Part shown: piece after piece, positions 47,570 through 56,064 of the stretch | How positions within the stretch are numbered: position 1 is the first letter of the stretch | Layout: each line of letters opens with the position of its first letter | From: Coriobacteriales bacterium | GTDB lineage: Bacteria; Actinomycetota; Coriobacteriia; Coriobacteriales; UMGS124 | Direction of reading: 5' to 3' | Length of the DNA stretch: 64,000 bases | Assembly (NCBI GenBank): GCA_017515595.1 | Contig: JAFWFL010000005.1 | Span: 4,516-68,515 of the forward strand | Notes under the pieces: model-generated | The model's database searches: none | What the model was told of the DNA's origin: nothing | Seen by the model: only the letters and a program-made list of their open reading frames with translations | Position numbers and translations under genes: made by a program

Positions 47570-47776
47570 ATGGCAGATCAAAACAACGACATCAATAAGC
47601 AAAAGTTCGACGAGGTCTTGAGTACGTTAAGCGAAGATCAGCGCGAGGAGGCCCGTGGCCTCAAGACTCCTGAAGAAATGTTGGAGTTTGCTCAAGAAGT
47701 GGGCGTTGTTCTTACCCCTGAACAGCTGGATCAGATCAGTGGCGGCGGCTGGTGGCCTTGCGGAGGATATAAATAA
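47570..47776 (+). CDS. Nif11-like / double-glycine leader peptide precursor (68 aa), predicted core GWWPCGGYK
   Basis: AAAAGGAG lies 5 nt upstream of the ATG at 47570. The leader ends LTPEQLDQISGG, which fits the LSxxELxxIxGG export-leader consensus. A 9-aa C-terminal core follows. Confidence 0.65.
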   Translation: MADQNNDINKQKFDEVLSTLSEDQREEARGLKTPEEMLEFAQEVGVVLTPEQLDQISGGGWWPCGGYK

Positions 47777-47787
47777 ACCGGTAAGGT

Positions 47788-48753
47788 ATGATGCAAATGC
47801 AGCCTTTGCTTCCATATTGCCATGACCCGTATCACGGGCTCACCACCCTCAATCCCGCCCACGTGGCGGGGTTGTCTTTAGGGGATGCTATAGCACAGGC
47901 CGAGCAGGAACTTGGATGCGTGCCCAAGGGACGTTTGGCAGACCTCGTTATGCTGTTTGTCACTGCGTGTATGTTGCAAAGGCTTGAGGACCGGCAGGGT
48001 GAACCACTCCTCGTTGTAAAAGGCGGTCTTGTCTCGCAAGACCTGCTTGGTGAGCGGGCACGCTATACGCCTGATGTCGATGCCGCTTTGCGCTGTAGCA
48101 CCAGCGAATTTTTGCAACGCCTTCCTGAAGCGTTTAGCAAACCCTGGGGACAGGTACATGCGACACTTGGAGAAATTATCGAGTCGCCGTACGGTTGGTG
48201 TCCCTATGAAATGCTTGTGGTCCATGTTTTACTTGAAGCTGACGGGTGCGAGCCACAAGATGTAACGGTAGATATCCTCTGCGGACCTACCGCAAAGAAC
48301 TTCAGTTCACGTTGTAGCAGTGTACCTGCGCTTTCAGGTGTGGGGCTCCCCGAGCCCCACACATTTTGGACTATCACACCGGAAGCCGTAGTTACCGAGA
48401 AGATCGCTGCCTGCGTTGATGTGAACGTATTCGATCTCGATGACAAAAAGCTGCTCCCCATTCATGCCGCTCGCGCCAAGCATCTGGTTGATCTTGTGTG
48501 GTTGTCGCGCATGTGCGATGCGGGGATTCTCTCAAATAAGAAGGTCGTGGACGAGGTTGAAGGACTTCGCCGCTGTTCAACACCGGTGCGTGAAGAACGC
48601 GGTTTCCAGCCGCTTCCTCGCATGATGCGCATTAAAGTTTGGGAGGGCTGGCGCTTTGTTTATCTTGGCGCAGCCTTACAGACAGGTCTCAATATCACTA
48701 TGGACGAGGCTGTACAAGAAGTGAACGGCTGGCTTGAGCGAATTGGGCTGTAG
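47788..48753 (+). CDS. AbiEii/DUF1814-like nucleotidyltransferase-fold protein
   Basis: LLVVKGGLVSQDLLGERARYTPDVDAAL resembles the GG(T/S)..-R.T.D(I/L)D NTase motif. EKIAAC...RAKHLVDLVWL resembles the C-terminal K..A...R..D..D motif. The start is 12 nt after the precursor stop. Confidence 0.5.
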   Translation: MMQMQPLLPYCHDPYHGLTTLNPAHVAGLSLGDAIAQAEQELGCVPKGRLADLVMLFVTACMLQRLEDRQGEPLLVVKGGLVSQDLLGERARYTPDVDAALRCSTSEFLQRLPEAFSKPWGQVHATLGEIIESPYGWCPYEMLVVHVLLEADGCEPQDVTVDILCGPTAKNFSSRCSSVPALSGVGLPEPHTFWTITPEAVVTEKIAACVDVNVFDLDDKKLLPIHAARAKHLVDLVWLSRMCDAGILSNKKVVDEVEGLRRCSTPVREERGFQPLPRMMRIKVWEGWRFVYLGAALQTGLNITMDEAVQEVNGWLERIGL

Positions 48754-48771
48754 CTCCTCTCCGGAAGGGTC

Positions 48772-49785
48772 ATGATGCTATCTGACATCATACGTCTCAA
48801 AGACAATCGTGTGTCCTGGAAGATCCCGTCATTGTTTGATAACGACTGGGTTGCGCTGCACCTGTCACATGCGCTTTCTCCCATACTGAATAAACCCCTT
48901 TTTGACATCGCCTATGGAAGCCCGCTGTGTGCCTGGGCGGGCGGACGCCCTCCGCGCGTGACAACCACATTGTCTGAAGAAGAGGTACGAACCCGGCTTG
49001 AGGCTTATTTGGCAGTTGGTGCAAGATGCGCGTTTACTTTTTCACACATCAATGCCGGAGCGTACACAGACGACCCCTATTGCAACATGCTGTTGTCATT
49101 AATCGAGGAATACCAAGGACAGGCAATTGTAGCTGATGATGCTCTGGCACGTTATATACGACGCCGGCACCCCGCATTGAAGCTTGTGTGCTCAAACGTG
49201 AGGGTTGTGCTTGATCACCACAACGGTTTTCTGGGTCAGGACGAGAATACCTATTATCACAGCTTACGCGGCCTCTATGACGAAGTCGTAGTTCGTACAG
49301 AGGCACTGCTCGAGAGCGGTATCTCAAGCGAACTGCAGGACATGGCTGACCATATAGAGCTCATCGTAAATGAGAGATGTGCACGCGATTGCCCCTATGC
49401 GGCCGAACATATAGCCGCCATGGCTCAGGCTACAGCCAGCGCGCGCGACCGCGACCCGGCAGAACCTCAGCCCGGTTGCATCTATGACCAAAGACGCAGC
49501 AAACCAACTGAGCTCGTAGATAACATCTATGTGCCGGATGAGCGCCGCAAATATCTTGCGGACAAAGGATTCACAAAATTCAAAATCCAAGGACGTGGAG
49601 CATCTCCCGTTTGGTTCGCGAATACCCTGCTCACCGAGATATTGTTCGATGGAGACAAACTTGCCGGTCAAGAAGACATGCAAGACATCATCACGCCCAT
49701 CGCACTTCTCCAGCTATTCAACCCTGATTCAGAAGCCCGTCTGGCCATCCCCAAAAGTGGGCGTGACATAAACCGGGGATTATAG
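48772..49785 (+). CDS. Conserved-cysteine protein of unknown function, paralog of 19218..20081
   Basis: It shares blocks with 19218..20081 (see that entry). It lies 18 nt after the NTase gene and is followed by a terminator. Confidence 0.55.
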   Translation: MMLSDIIRLKDNRVSWKIPSLFDNDWVALHLSHALSPILNKPLFDIAYGSPLCAWAGGRPPRVTTTLSEEEVRTRLEAYLAVGARCAFTFSHINAGAYTDDPYCNMLLSLIEEYQGQAIVADDALARYIRRRHPALKLVCSNVRVVLDHHNGFLGQDENTYYHSLRGLYDEVVVRTEALLESGISSELQDMADHIELIVNERCARDCPYAAEHIAAMAQATASARDRDPAEPQPGCIYDQRRSKPTELVDNIYVPDERRKYLADKGFTKFKIQGRGASPVWFANTLLTEILFDGDKLAGQEDMQDIITPIALLQLFNPDSEARLAIPKSGRDINRGL

Positions 49786-49788
49786 CGC

Positions 49789-49826
49789 CAAGGGCTTCTC
49801 GGCATATTGATGCCGAGAAGCCCTTG
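49789..49826. terminator. Bidirectional terminator (REP-like stem)
   Basis: CAAGGGCTTCTCGGCAT, loop ATTG, ATGCCGAGAAGCCCTTG, between convergent genes. Confidence 0.8.
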
Positions 49827-49859
49827 CAATTTCCTGCTATCAGGCGATAACAATATACG

Positions 49860-50501
49860 TTATTCCGGGAGCACCTTCCCGTCGCAGAAGCTCGTAAATG
49901 CTTCGCGCTCTACCTGCGGGAGGCCGTACTTGGCTTTAGCGTCTGCTATGGCGCGGATCATGAAGGCCATATTCCGTGCGAGGTTTCTCATAGTTTGAAG
50001 GCCTTCGAGGTCTTTAAGAACGTCCTCAGCCTTAGCGCCATGAACCTGGTTCCAGTATGTGCTCGAAGCCACAGGCATGCCGCTAATGGTGAAGTATTTG
50101 TTGAGGACATCAAAACTTGCGGTATTTCCTCCGCGGCGGCAGCTTACTATTGCAGCTCCCACCTTCATTTGCTTGGAATAAGAGGTGCTGTAGAAGAGTC
50201 TGTCCATAAAAGAAAGGATTGCACCGTTAGGAGAAGCGTAATAAACGGGACTGCCCACAACGAGGCCGTCAGCAGCTTCGAATTTTGCGGCGACCTCATT
50301 AACCGGGTCAGTGTTAAAAATACATCTGCCGGACCTGCGGCAATACCCGCATGAGGTGCAAGCTCTCACTTCTTTTTGCCCTACCTGGACAAGGTAAGTA
50401 TCTATATGTTCCTCTTCAAAAACGTTCATCATCTCGTTGAGCGCTGTCGCGGTGCAACCGTGAATATGCGGGCTTCCGTTTAACAGTATTACCTTAGGCA
50501 T
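49860..50501 (-). CDS. Flavodoxin-fold FMN reductase / iron-sulfur flavoprotein-like protein
   Basis: The N-terminus is KVILLNGSPHIHGCT, and the compact Cys cluster CTSCGYCRRSGRC is typical of Isf-like NAD(P)H-dependent FMN reductases. Confidence 0.6.
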   Translation of the reverse strand: MPKVILLNGSPHIHGCTATALNEMMNVFEEEHIDTYLVQVGQKEVRACTSCGYCRRSGRCIFNTDPVNEVAAKFEAADGLVVGSPVYYASPNGAILSFMDRLFYSTSYSKQMKVGAAIVSCRRGGNTASFDVLNKYFTISGMPVASSTYWNQVHGAKAEDVLKDLEGLQTMRNLARNMAFMIRAIADAKAKYGLPQVEREAFTSFCDGKVLPE

Positions 50502-50532
50502 TCAAAACCTCTCTTATCCTGAACAATAATCT

Positions 50533-51624
50533 TTATAGGTTCTCAGACCAGCTTCCCCAGTCCGTCTGTTCAGGGTCAACTGGGGATCCTACAATTTCTG
50601 TCGCATTGACAGTAATTTGCCATTCGTATCCGGCAGGAAGATCGGTACGGTAGACATCTTCAAATTCATTGAACTTCATATACTCGTAGGAACCGTTACG
50701 ACCAAAAGTTTGATCCATGCCGTACCATTCGTATCCGCTTGCATTCTTAATACGGTAAATACCGCCGGGGAGATATGTGCTGATGGTTGAGGTACCGGTT
50801 ACAAACATAACCGAGGCAAGAATGCCGTCATCGGTATAAACCATAAAAAGCATACCGCGTTCTTCATTGGGACTGTTTACAACAAAGGTAAGAAGCATTT
50901 CTCCGCTGTACATGTAATCATTATGCCAAAGCTCGCCATAACCCGGCCACGGCTGAATGCATGCCTCTGCACGCTCCTTGTAGTTGCCGTACTTGCTCTT
51001 CTCAAATGACTCTTTTGCGTTGTAATACTTTCCCTGAAGATAATATATGCAAGCCTTCATGTAAGCGTACTGGCTCGTATCCTTAGTAGTCTCGTAATAC
51101 TTATCAAGAATCTTATCTGCTTCTGTCTGGTTGGCTACAATCAGAATGGGCGGCAAAAGCTGTTCATAAGCATTCGCATCTATAGACTGAACCGGTGCGA
51201 TACCTAGCACACCAAAAAAGCTGTTAAGATATTCAATGGTATCAGGCCCAATAACACCGTTTATCTCAACCGGATAACCCAGATCAGCGAGTGTCTGCTG
51301 AACACCGGCAGCAGTATCGCCGGTTGAACCCTCAGAAAGTACTTCGCCATTTTTAAGAGCTTTTAACGTGTTGCTATAAACATCATTATTAAGAGCTTTA
51401 AGGGTATCCTCAAGGGCTTGTGCCTTTTCTTTTGCCTTTTGAGCAGCCTCATCATCTTTTTTGTCGCTTGACGCAGAGCTCGCAATCTGTGCCGCAGATT
51501 GTGTAGTCTCTTTGTCTTTAGAGCCCAAAAAACCGGACGTAGTATTGCCCGCAGCAAGAGCTGCTCCCGGGAGCAGCGCCAGCGCTAAAACAAGCGAAAC
51601 TGATGCAGCAAGTATTTTTCTCAT
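50533..51624 (-). CDS. Secreted protein with a peptidoglycan-binding-like repeat
   Basis: GGAGG precedes MRKILAASVSLVLALALLPGAALA (signal peptide). GVQQTLADLGYPVEINGVIGPDTIEYLNSF resembles PG_binding_1. Confidence 0.5.
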   Translation of the reverse strand: MRKILAASVSLVLALALLPGAALAAGNTTSGFLGSKDKETTQSAAQIASSASSDKKDDEAAQKAKEKAQALEDTLKALNNDVYSNTLKALKNGEVLSEGSTGDTAAGVQQTLADLGYPVEINGVIGPDTIEYLNSFFGVLGIAPVQSIDANAYEQLLPPILIVANQTEADKILDKYYETTKDTSQYAYMKACIYYLQGKYYNAKESFEKSKYGNYKERAEACIQPWPGYGELWHNDYMYSGEMLLTFVVNSPNEERGMLFMVYTDDGILASVMFVTGTSTISTYLPGGIYRIKNASGYEWYGMDQTFGRNGSYEYMKFNEFEDVYRTDLPAGYEWQITVNATEIVGSPVDPEQTDWGSWSENL

Positions 51625-51893
51625 ATAGAACACCTCCATGTGTGCCAGTTGAATACTCCGGTTCATGTCGCCTCCCAGATAAAACCAGCAGACGGCACAT
51701 GCCGCTCTTATTATAGCAATTTCATAAAAGCATAAGGAGATAAATGTGCCACACTTTAGATCAGTAAAGCATTTTATACAGATAAGCGGTGAAAGAATTG
51801 TTCACATAATACCCGCATGAACCATATCCCAAAACCGATATAAAAATGTTATGATACGAACGTTCTGTTTCCGAGAGAAAGGGGGGCGCACAA

Positions 51894-52454
51894 ATGAGTG
51901 AAGTTTTGGATCGTGCGTCTGAATTGGTAGATGAAGGTGCTGACGCCATTGAACAAGCCGGCAATGCGGCTGAAGATGTAGCCGAGAAGGCCGTAGACGC
52001 AGTGGAGGACGCTGCCAAGCAGGCTGCCGATGCAGCTGAGGACGTAGCCGAGAAGGCTGTTGACGCAGCTGAGCAGGCTGTAGACGCAGTTGAGGATGCA
52101 GCAGAAGAAGCTGCAGAAACTGCTGAGGAAGCTTTTGACGCTGTAGAAGAAGTAGTAGCTGAGCGCATTGATGCTTTTGAAGCTGCTGCAGACGGCATCA
52201 AAACTGCATTTGATGCAAACGGCGACGGCAAGGTTGATTTCGAAGAAGTCGCCAGTGCTGCCGGTGAGCGTCTTGGAGAAGTTAAAGATGCCGTTGTGGG
52301 CGTTGTCGACAGCACAAAGGCCGCTCTTGACGCAGATGGCGACGGCACGGTTTCTCCTGACGAAGTAGCTGACGTTGCAAAGGGATTCCTCAACAACCTC
52401 AGCGAAGGCGCCAAGGGCTTTGTTAACAAGCTCAAGAATGCTTTTCAAAAGTAA
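51894..52454 (+). CDS. Acidic repeat protein with two canonical EF-hand loops
   Basis: A/E/D-rich tandem helical repeats (AAEDVAEKAVDA...) are followed by DANGDGKVDFEE and DADGDGTVSPDE, which fit the 12-residue EF-hand loop pattern. Confidence 0.65.
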   Translation: MSEVLDRASELVDEGADAIEQAGNAAEDVAEKAVDAVEDAAKQAADAAEDVAEKAVDAAEQAVDAVEDAAEEAAETAEEAFDAVEEVVAERIDAFEAAADGIKTAFDANGDGKVDFEEVASAAGERLGEVKDAVVGVVDSTKAALDADGDGTVSPDEVADVAKGFLNNLSEGAKGFVNKLKNAFQK

Positions 52455-52490
52455 AACCGTTTAACGTCATCAATTTGACGTACGATCCTA

Positions 52491-52532
52491 CAAAGAAACC
52501 TCCGAGAGGTACATCCTCCGGAGGTTTCTTTG
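52491..52532. terminator. Bidirectional hairpin terminator
   Basis: CAAAGAAACCTCCG, a loop, then CGGAGGTTTCTTTG, between convergent EF-hand genes. Confidence 0.75.
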
Positions 52533-52578
52533 TTGTGTGAGTCATTGAGTCATAGGAGAAAATTCTCCCCAAAGAGAA

Positions 52579-52779
52579 CTACTCGGCTTTGGGAGCGCCA
52601 ATCACGCCGTCGCCGTTGATATCCATACCGGTAGCTTCCTCAATAGGCGAAACAGCGCCGCCCAGAGCTTCCTGTACTGATGCCTCGGTATTTGCATCTA
52701 ACTCATCAAACTTCTTATGCATATCTTCGAGCAGCTCTTCAATATCGTCTTTACCGTTATTATTCAGATCAATAGTCAT
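52579..52779 (-). CDS. Small acidic EF-hand-like protein (66 aa)
   Basis: DLNNNGKDDIEE is a canonical loop pattern, and DINGDGVIG is a partial second loop. Confidence 0.5.
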   Translation of the reverse strand: MTIDLNNNGKDDIEELLEDMHKKFDELDANTEASVQEALGGAVSPIEEATGMDINGDGVIGAPKAE

Positions 52780-53029
52780 AATACCTCACTCCTTTTGCTG
52801 CATACTGTTTTAGCAGCATAGCTTGTTAACCGTACAAAGCTTCCTCATAAGTATACACTGACAAGCCAAACCGTGCAAACGTTGTTTGCACCACGCTTCC
52901 TGAAAAGTTTTCAAAGAGTTGAGGGTTTCGCGCATTATCGCGAGAATCACTTAAGTTTTAATTGCTTTCAGTGCCCTTTCAGGAACTTTGGATATTGTTT
53001 TTGGCATCCAAACATGAAGGAGGCCAGCG

Positions 53030-53797
53030 ATGGAAGCAGTAAGCAAGGTGCGTGCAAATATTCAAACCTTTAAGCGCATTGAGAAAAAGTTTATTCTCAT
53101 GCCGGGAGTATACGAGAAACTCATGGATCTCATAAGCGAAAACATAAAAACTGACGCCTTTGGGATCTCCGACATCCGGAGCCTTTATTTGGACACACCC
53201 ACCTCGCTTATAGTGCGAAGGTCACAAATGAAGCCTGTTGTCTATAAAGAGAAAGTCCGCATTCGCAGTTATGGAGCTCCAAAAGATCATCATGCGAGCG
53301 TGTTTTTGGAACTCAAGAAAAAGTTTAAGGGTATTGTTTATAAGCGCAGGCTGCGCATGCCGCTCTCTGAGGCAGAAGCTTTTGCCGAGTCGCGCTTATG
53401 GCCGGCATCTGTAGAAGATAATGTACAGAACACAAACGCCCAGATTCTGCGCGAAATTGGGTTTACCCTCGACAGGTATATACCAGAGGGCGGTCTGCAT
53501 CCGTCTATGCTGATTTCTTCGCAGCGTCAGTCATTTGTTGGTAAAGAAGATTCCGGGCTTCGCCTCACCTTTGATCAAGACGTGCTTTGGAGACAAGACG
53601 CCTTAAGTCTTATGGAACCCTTGGGAGGAACACCGCTTTTAGACGCAGGAGCGCATTTGCTCGAGGTCAAAGCAGCAGGCACTATGCCGGTCTGGCTTGC
53701 AAATGCCCTGAGTATAAGCGATGCCAAAGCTACGTCCTTCTCCAAATACGGCAACGCCTATTTGGCATCACTTGCAAGCTATGAAAAGTCAGCATAG
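53030..53797 (+). CDS. VTC-domain (polyphosphate polymerase-like, CYTH superfamily) protein
   Basis: FKRIEKKFIL...IRSLYLDTP...YKEKVRIRSYG...LELKKKFKGIVYKRR is the characteristic bacterial VTC domain pattern. GGAGG lies 7 nt upstream. Confidence 0.7.
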   Translation: MEAVSKVRANIQTFKRIEKKFILMPGVYEKLMDLISENIKTDAFGISDIRSLYLDTPTSLIVRRSQMKPVVYKEKVRIRSYGAPKDHHASVFLELKKKFKGIVYKRRLRMPLSEAEAFAESRLWPASVEDNVQNTNAQILREIGFTLDRYIPEGGLHPSMLISSQRQSFVGKEDSGLRLTFDQDVLWRQDALSLMEPLGGTPLLDAGAHLLEVKAAGTMPVWLANALSISDAKATSFSKYGNAYLASLASYEKSA

Positions 53798-53877
53798 TTT
53801 TTAATCCTGTCAACCGGCATCCAAGCCTAAATTTTCGACCTCATTAATCATCGCATTCTCAAAGAAGGGAAACCGTT

Positions 53878-54573
53878 ATGGACATCAATGTACTTGCTCA
53901 ATCGATTCTGAACTCGGTTCAGGAGGGCTCGGCGACGTTGCCCGAGTTTATTATCTGCACACTTGCATCATTGATAATTGGTGTTGCTGTTGCATTTATT
54001 TACATGTATAAGTCTCAGTATTCCAAAGACTTTGTGGTTACGCTTGCACTTTTGCCTGCTATTGTGCAGGTTGTCATCATGATGGTAAACGGCAATATGG
54101 GTGTGGGTATTGCAGTTCTCGGCGCTTTTTCGCTGGTACGCTTTAGGTCAATACCCGGCAGTGCGCGCGACATCGCAGCAATCTTCCTCTCAATGGCGGT
54201 AGGTCTTGCATGCGGTATGGGTTACATCTGGATAGCCGCTCTCTTTGTGATCATCATGGCTTTGGCAAATGCCTTCTTTATTAAGGTAGGCCTTGGTGCA
54301 AGTTCTGACGGAAAACGCCAGCTCAAAGTCAGCATCCCCGAGACTTTAGATTTCGAAACCGTTTTTGATGACCTCTTTGCAAAGTATCTTGACCATTGGG
54401 ACCTTGAGATTGTGCGCACCACAAACATGGGAGCTTTGTATACGCTCTGCTACACTATCCGCATGAAGCAAGACACAGATCACAAGGCGTTTATGGATGA
54501 GCTGCGTCAGCGTAACGGCAATCTCGAAGTATCCCTGGGCCGCGGTCTTTTTAGCAACAAAGACGTGCTCTAG
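53878..54573 (+). CDS. DUF4956-like membrane protein (usual VTC partner)
   Basis: Four N-terminal TM segments plus a soluble C-terminal domain. It lies immediately downstream of the VTC gene. Confidence 0.55.
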   Translation: MDINVLAQSILNSVQEGSATLPEFIICTLASLIIGVAVAFIYMYKSQYSKDFVVTLALLPAIVQVVIMMVNGNMGVGIAVLGAFSLVRFRSIPGSARDIAAIFLSMAVGLACGMGYIWIAALFVIIMALANAFFIKVGLGASSDGKRQLKVSIPETLDFETVFDDLFAKYLDHWDLEIVRTTNMGALYTLCYTIRMKQDTDHKAFMDELRQRNGNLEVSLGRGLFSNKDVL

Positions 54574-54582
54574 GTACTCGTG

Positions 54583-56064
54583 CTATCTGCTTGTGTTTGG
54601 AGCTATAAAACCCGTTAACAGAATCAACGCAAAACTAACGCAGATCACAAGCAGCACACGTCTCCAATACACAAGCGTTGAAGCAGCAGGGCGTTCTCGG
54701 TTGATACCCCAATTGAGATACAGGATGGTACCAAAGACGTATATAGTCGCGCCATAGACCAAAATTCCTGTGACGCCCTGCATCCATGCTTCCAAACTGT
54801 ACGGTTCATCTCCCCAACCGCCGGCTATCACATAGGGTACACGTTCTATCAGGTTAACCAAGAATACAAAGATACCAATAGCAGCAGCAATCATAAGCAC
54901 TATGCGTATAACTAAGGGGAGTCTCTTACGCATACCGGAGGGTGTCGCCAGACGCTTCGCAATTAAACCCCAAATGCCTTTGAGCTTTGCTGCCGGAGGC
55001 AAAAGACCGGGTTGATGCGAAGAAGAACCTGCAGATATGTCACCGGTATTTGGCGCATTATCTGCCAATAAAGCGTTGCTGTTGTTTGCCACTTGACCAA
55101 TCATGTTTGCTACAGCGGCAACAGATGCCTGCTTATGCATATCCTCTAAACTGCCATGCGTAGGAAGGATGTCTTCAAATCCCAGAACACGGGCTGCTTG
55201 GTACAGTGCGATTGCAAACTCTCGTGCACTCTGAAACCGGGCTGTTGGCTCAAAGGCACATGCCTTACGGACAATCGCCGCGATTTCCTGAGAAACACCT
55301 GGTTCAGACAGTGCTGTTTCATAATCTTGAGTACCAGGTTCTTTGGCACACAGCATATACCCCAAAAGCCGTCCCGCGGCATAAACATCACTGCGCCGGT
55401 CAGTTTGGGCAAAGCCAAATTGCTCGGGAGCAGCAAATCCCCGCGTACCCAGCACGCGCGTATCATGACCGGCAGGAACATCTGCATCGCCATATGACGA
55501 ACTATCAGAAACAGCGTTACCAGGTTTTGCAAACCTTGCGATGCCATAGTCAAGCAAAACCGCATGGCGCTTAAGATGCTCCATCCGGAGAGGCCGTGAT
55601 GAAGCTATTCCTCCTAAGCCTACTACTATCACATTACCGGGCGTTACGTCTCTATGGATAATGGGCCTGGGTTTTGCTGATGCCAAGGCTTCCAGCGCTT
55701 CGCATACATAAAGCATAATGCATACCGCATCTTTGACATCTATGGAGCCACCCTCTTTAACCAGACTTTCTACAGAGATACCCTCTATGTACTCCATAAT
55801 AATAACCAAGTAATTGGGCAGCTCATAGATTTGCTCTATATGTGCAAGCGTATAACAAGAATCTTCTTGAGCGGTAAGGCGGGCAATTTCTTCCCATACC
55901 TCACGGTTGGCCAGCTCAATGGGTATGTACTTACGCACAAATACCTTGAAATCGCTCTTTCTGCAGACAACCTCTACTCTGCCCTGTACAGAGTCTGAGA
56001 TGGTATTAATACATGTATAAGAGTCATCAAGCACTAAAGCATCGAGCAGCTCCCCGTCTGTCAT
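54583..56064 (-). CDS. Ser/Thr protein kinase with C-terminal membrane segments
   Basis: The catalytic loop is HRDVTPGNVIV, with DYGIARF (DFG-like) and GTRGFAAPEQ (APE). There are three or more hydrophobic helices at the C-terminus. Confidence 0.85.
   Translation of the reverse strand: MTDGELLDALVLDDSYTCINTISDSVQGRVEVVCRKSDFKVFVRKYIPIELANREVWEEIARLTAQEDSCYTLAHIEQIYELPNYLVIIMEYIEGISVESLVKEGGSIDVKDAVCIMLYVCEALEALASAKPRPIIHRDVTPGNVIVVGLGGIASSRPLRMEHLKRHAVLLDYGIARFAKPGNAVSDSSSYGDADVPAGHDTRVLGTRGFAAPEQFGFAQTDRRSDVYAAGRLLGYMLCAKEPGTQDYETALSEPGVSQEIAAIVRKACAFEPTARFQSAREFAIALYQAARVLGFEDILPTHGSLEDMHKQASVAAVANMIGQVANNSNALLADNAPNTGDISAGSSSHQPGLLPPAAKLKGIWGLIAKRLATPSGMRKRLPLVIRIVLMIAAAIGIFVFLVNLIERVPYVIAGGWGDEPYSLEAWMQGVTGILVYGATIYVFGTILYLNWGINRERPAASTLVYWRRVLLVICVSFALILLTGFIAPNTSR

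Noticed and set aside
51761-52448. Two long antisense ORFs (224 aa and 199 aa, Ser/Ala/Thr-rich) opposite the EF-hand repeat gene
   Set aside because: They are shadow frames produced by the GCN/GAN-periodic repeat sequence. They have no RBS, and the sense ORF carries canonical EF-hand loops.
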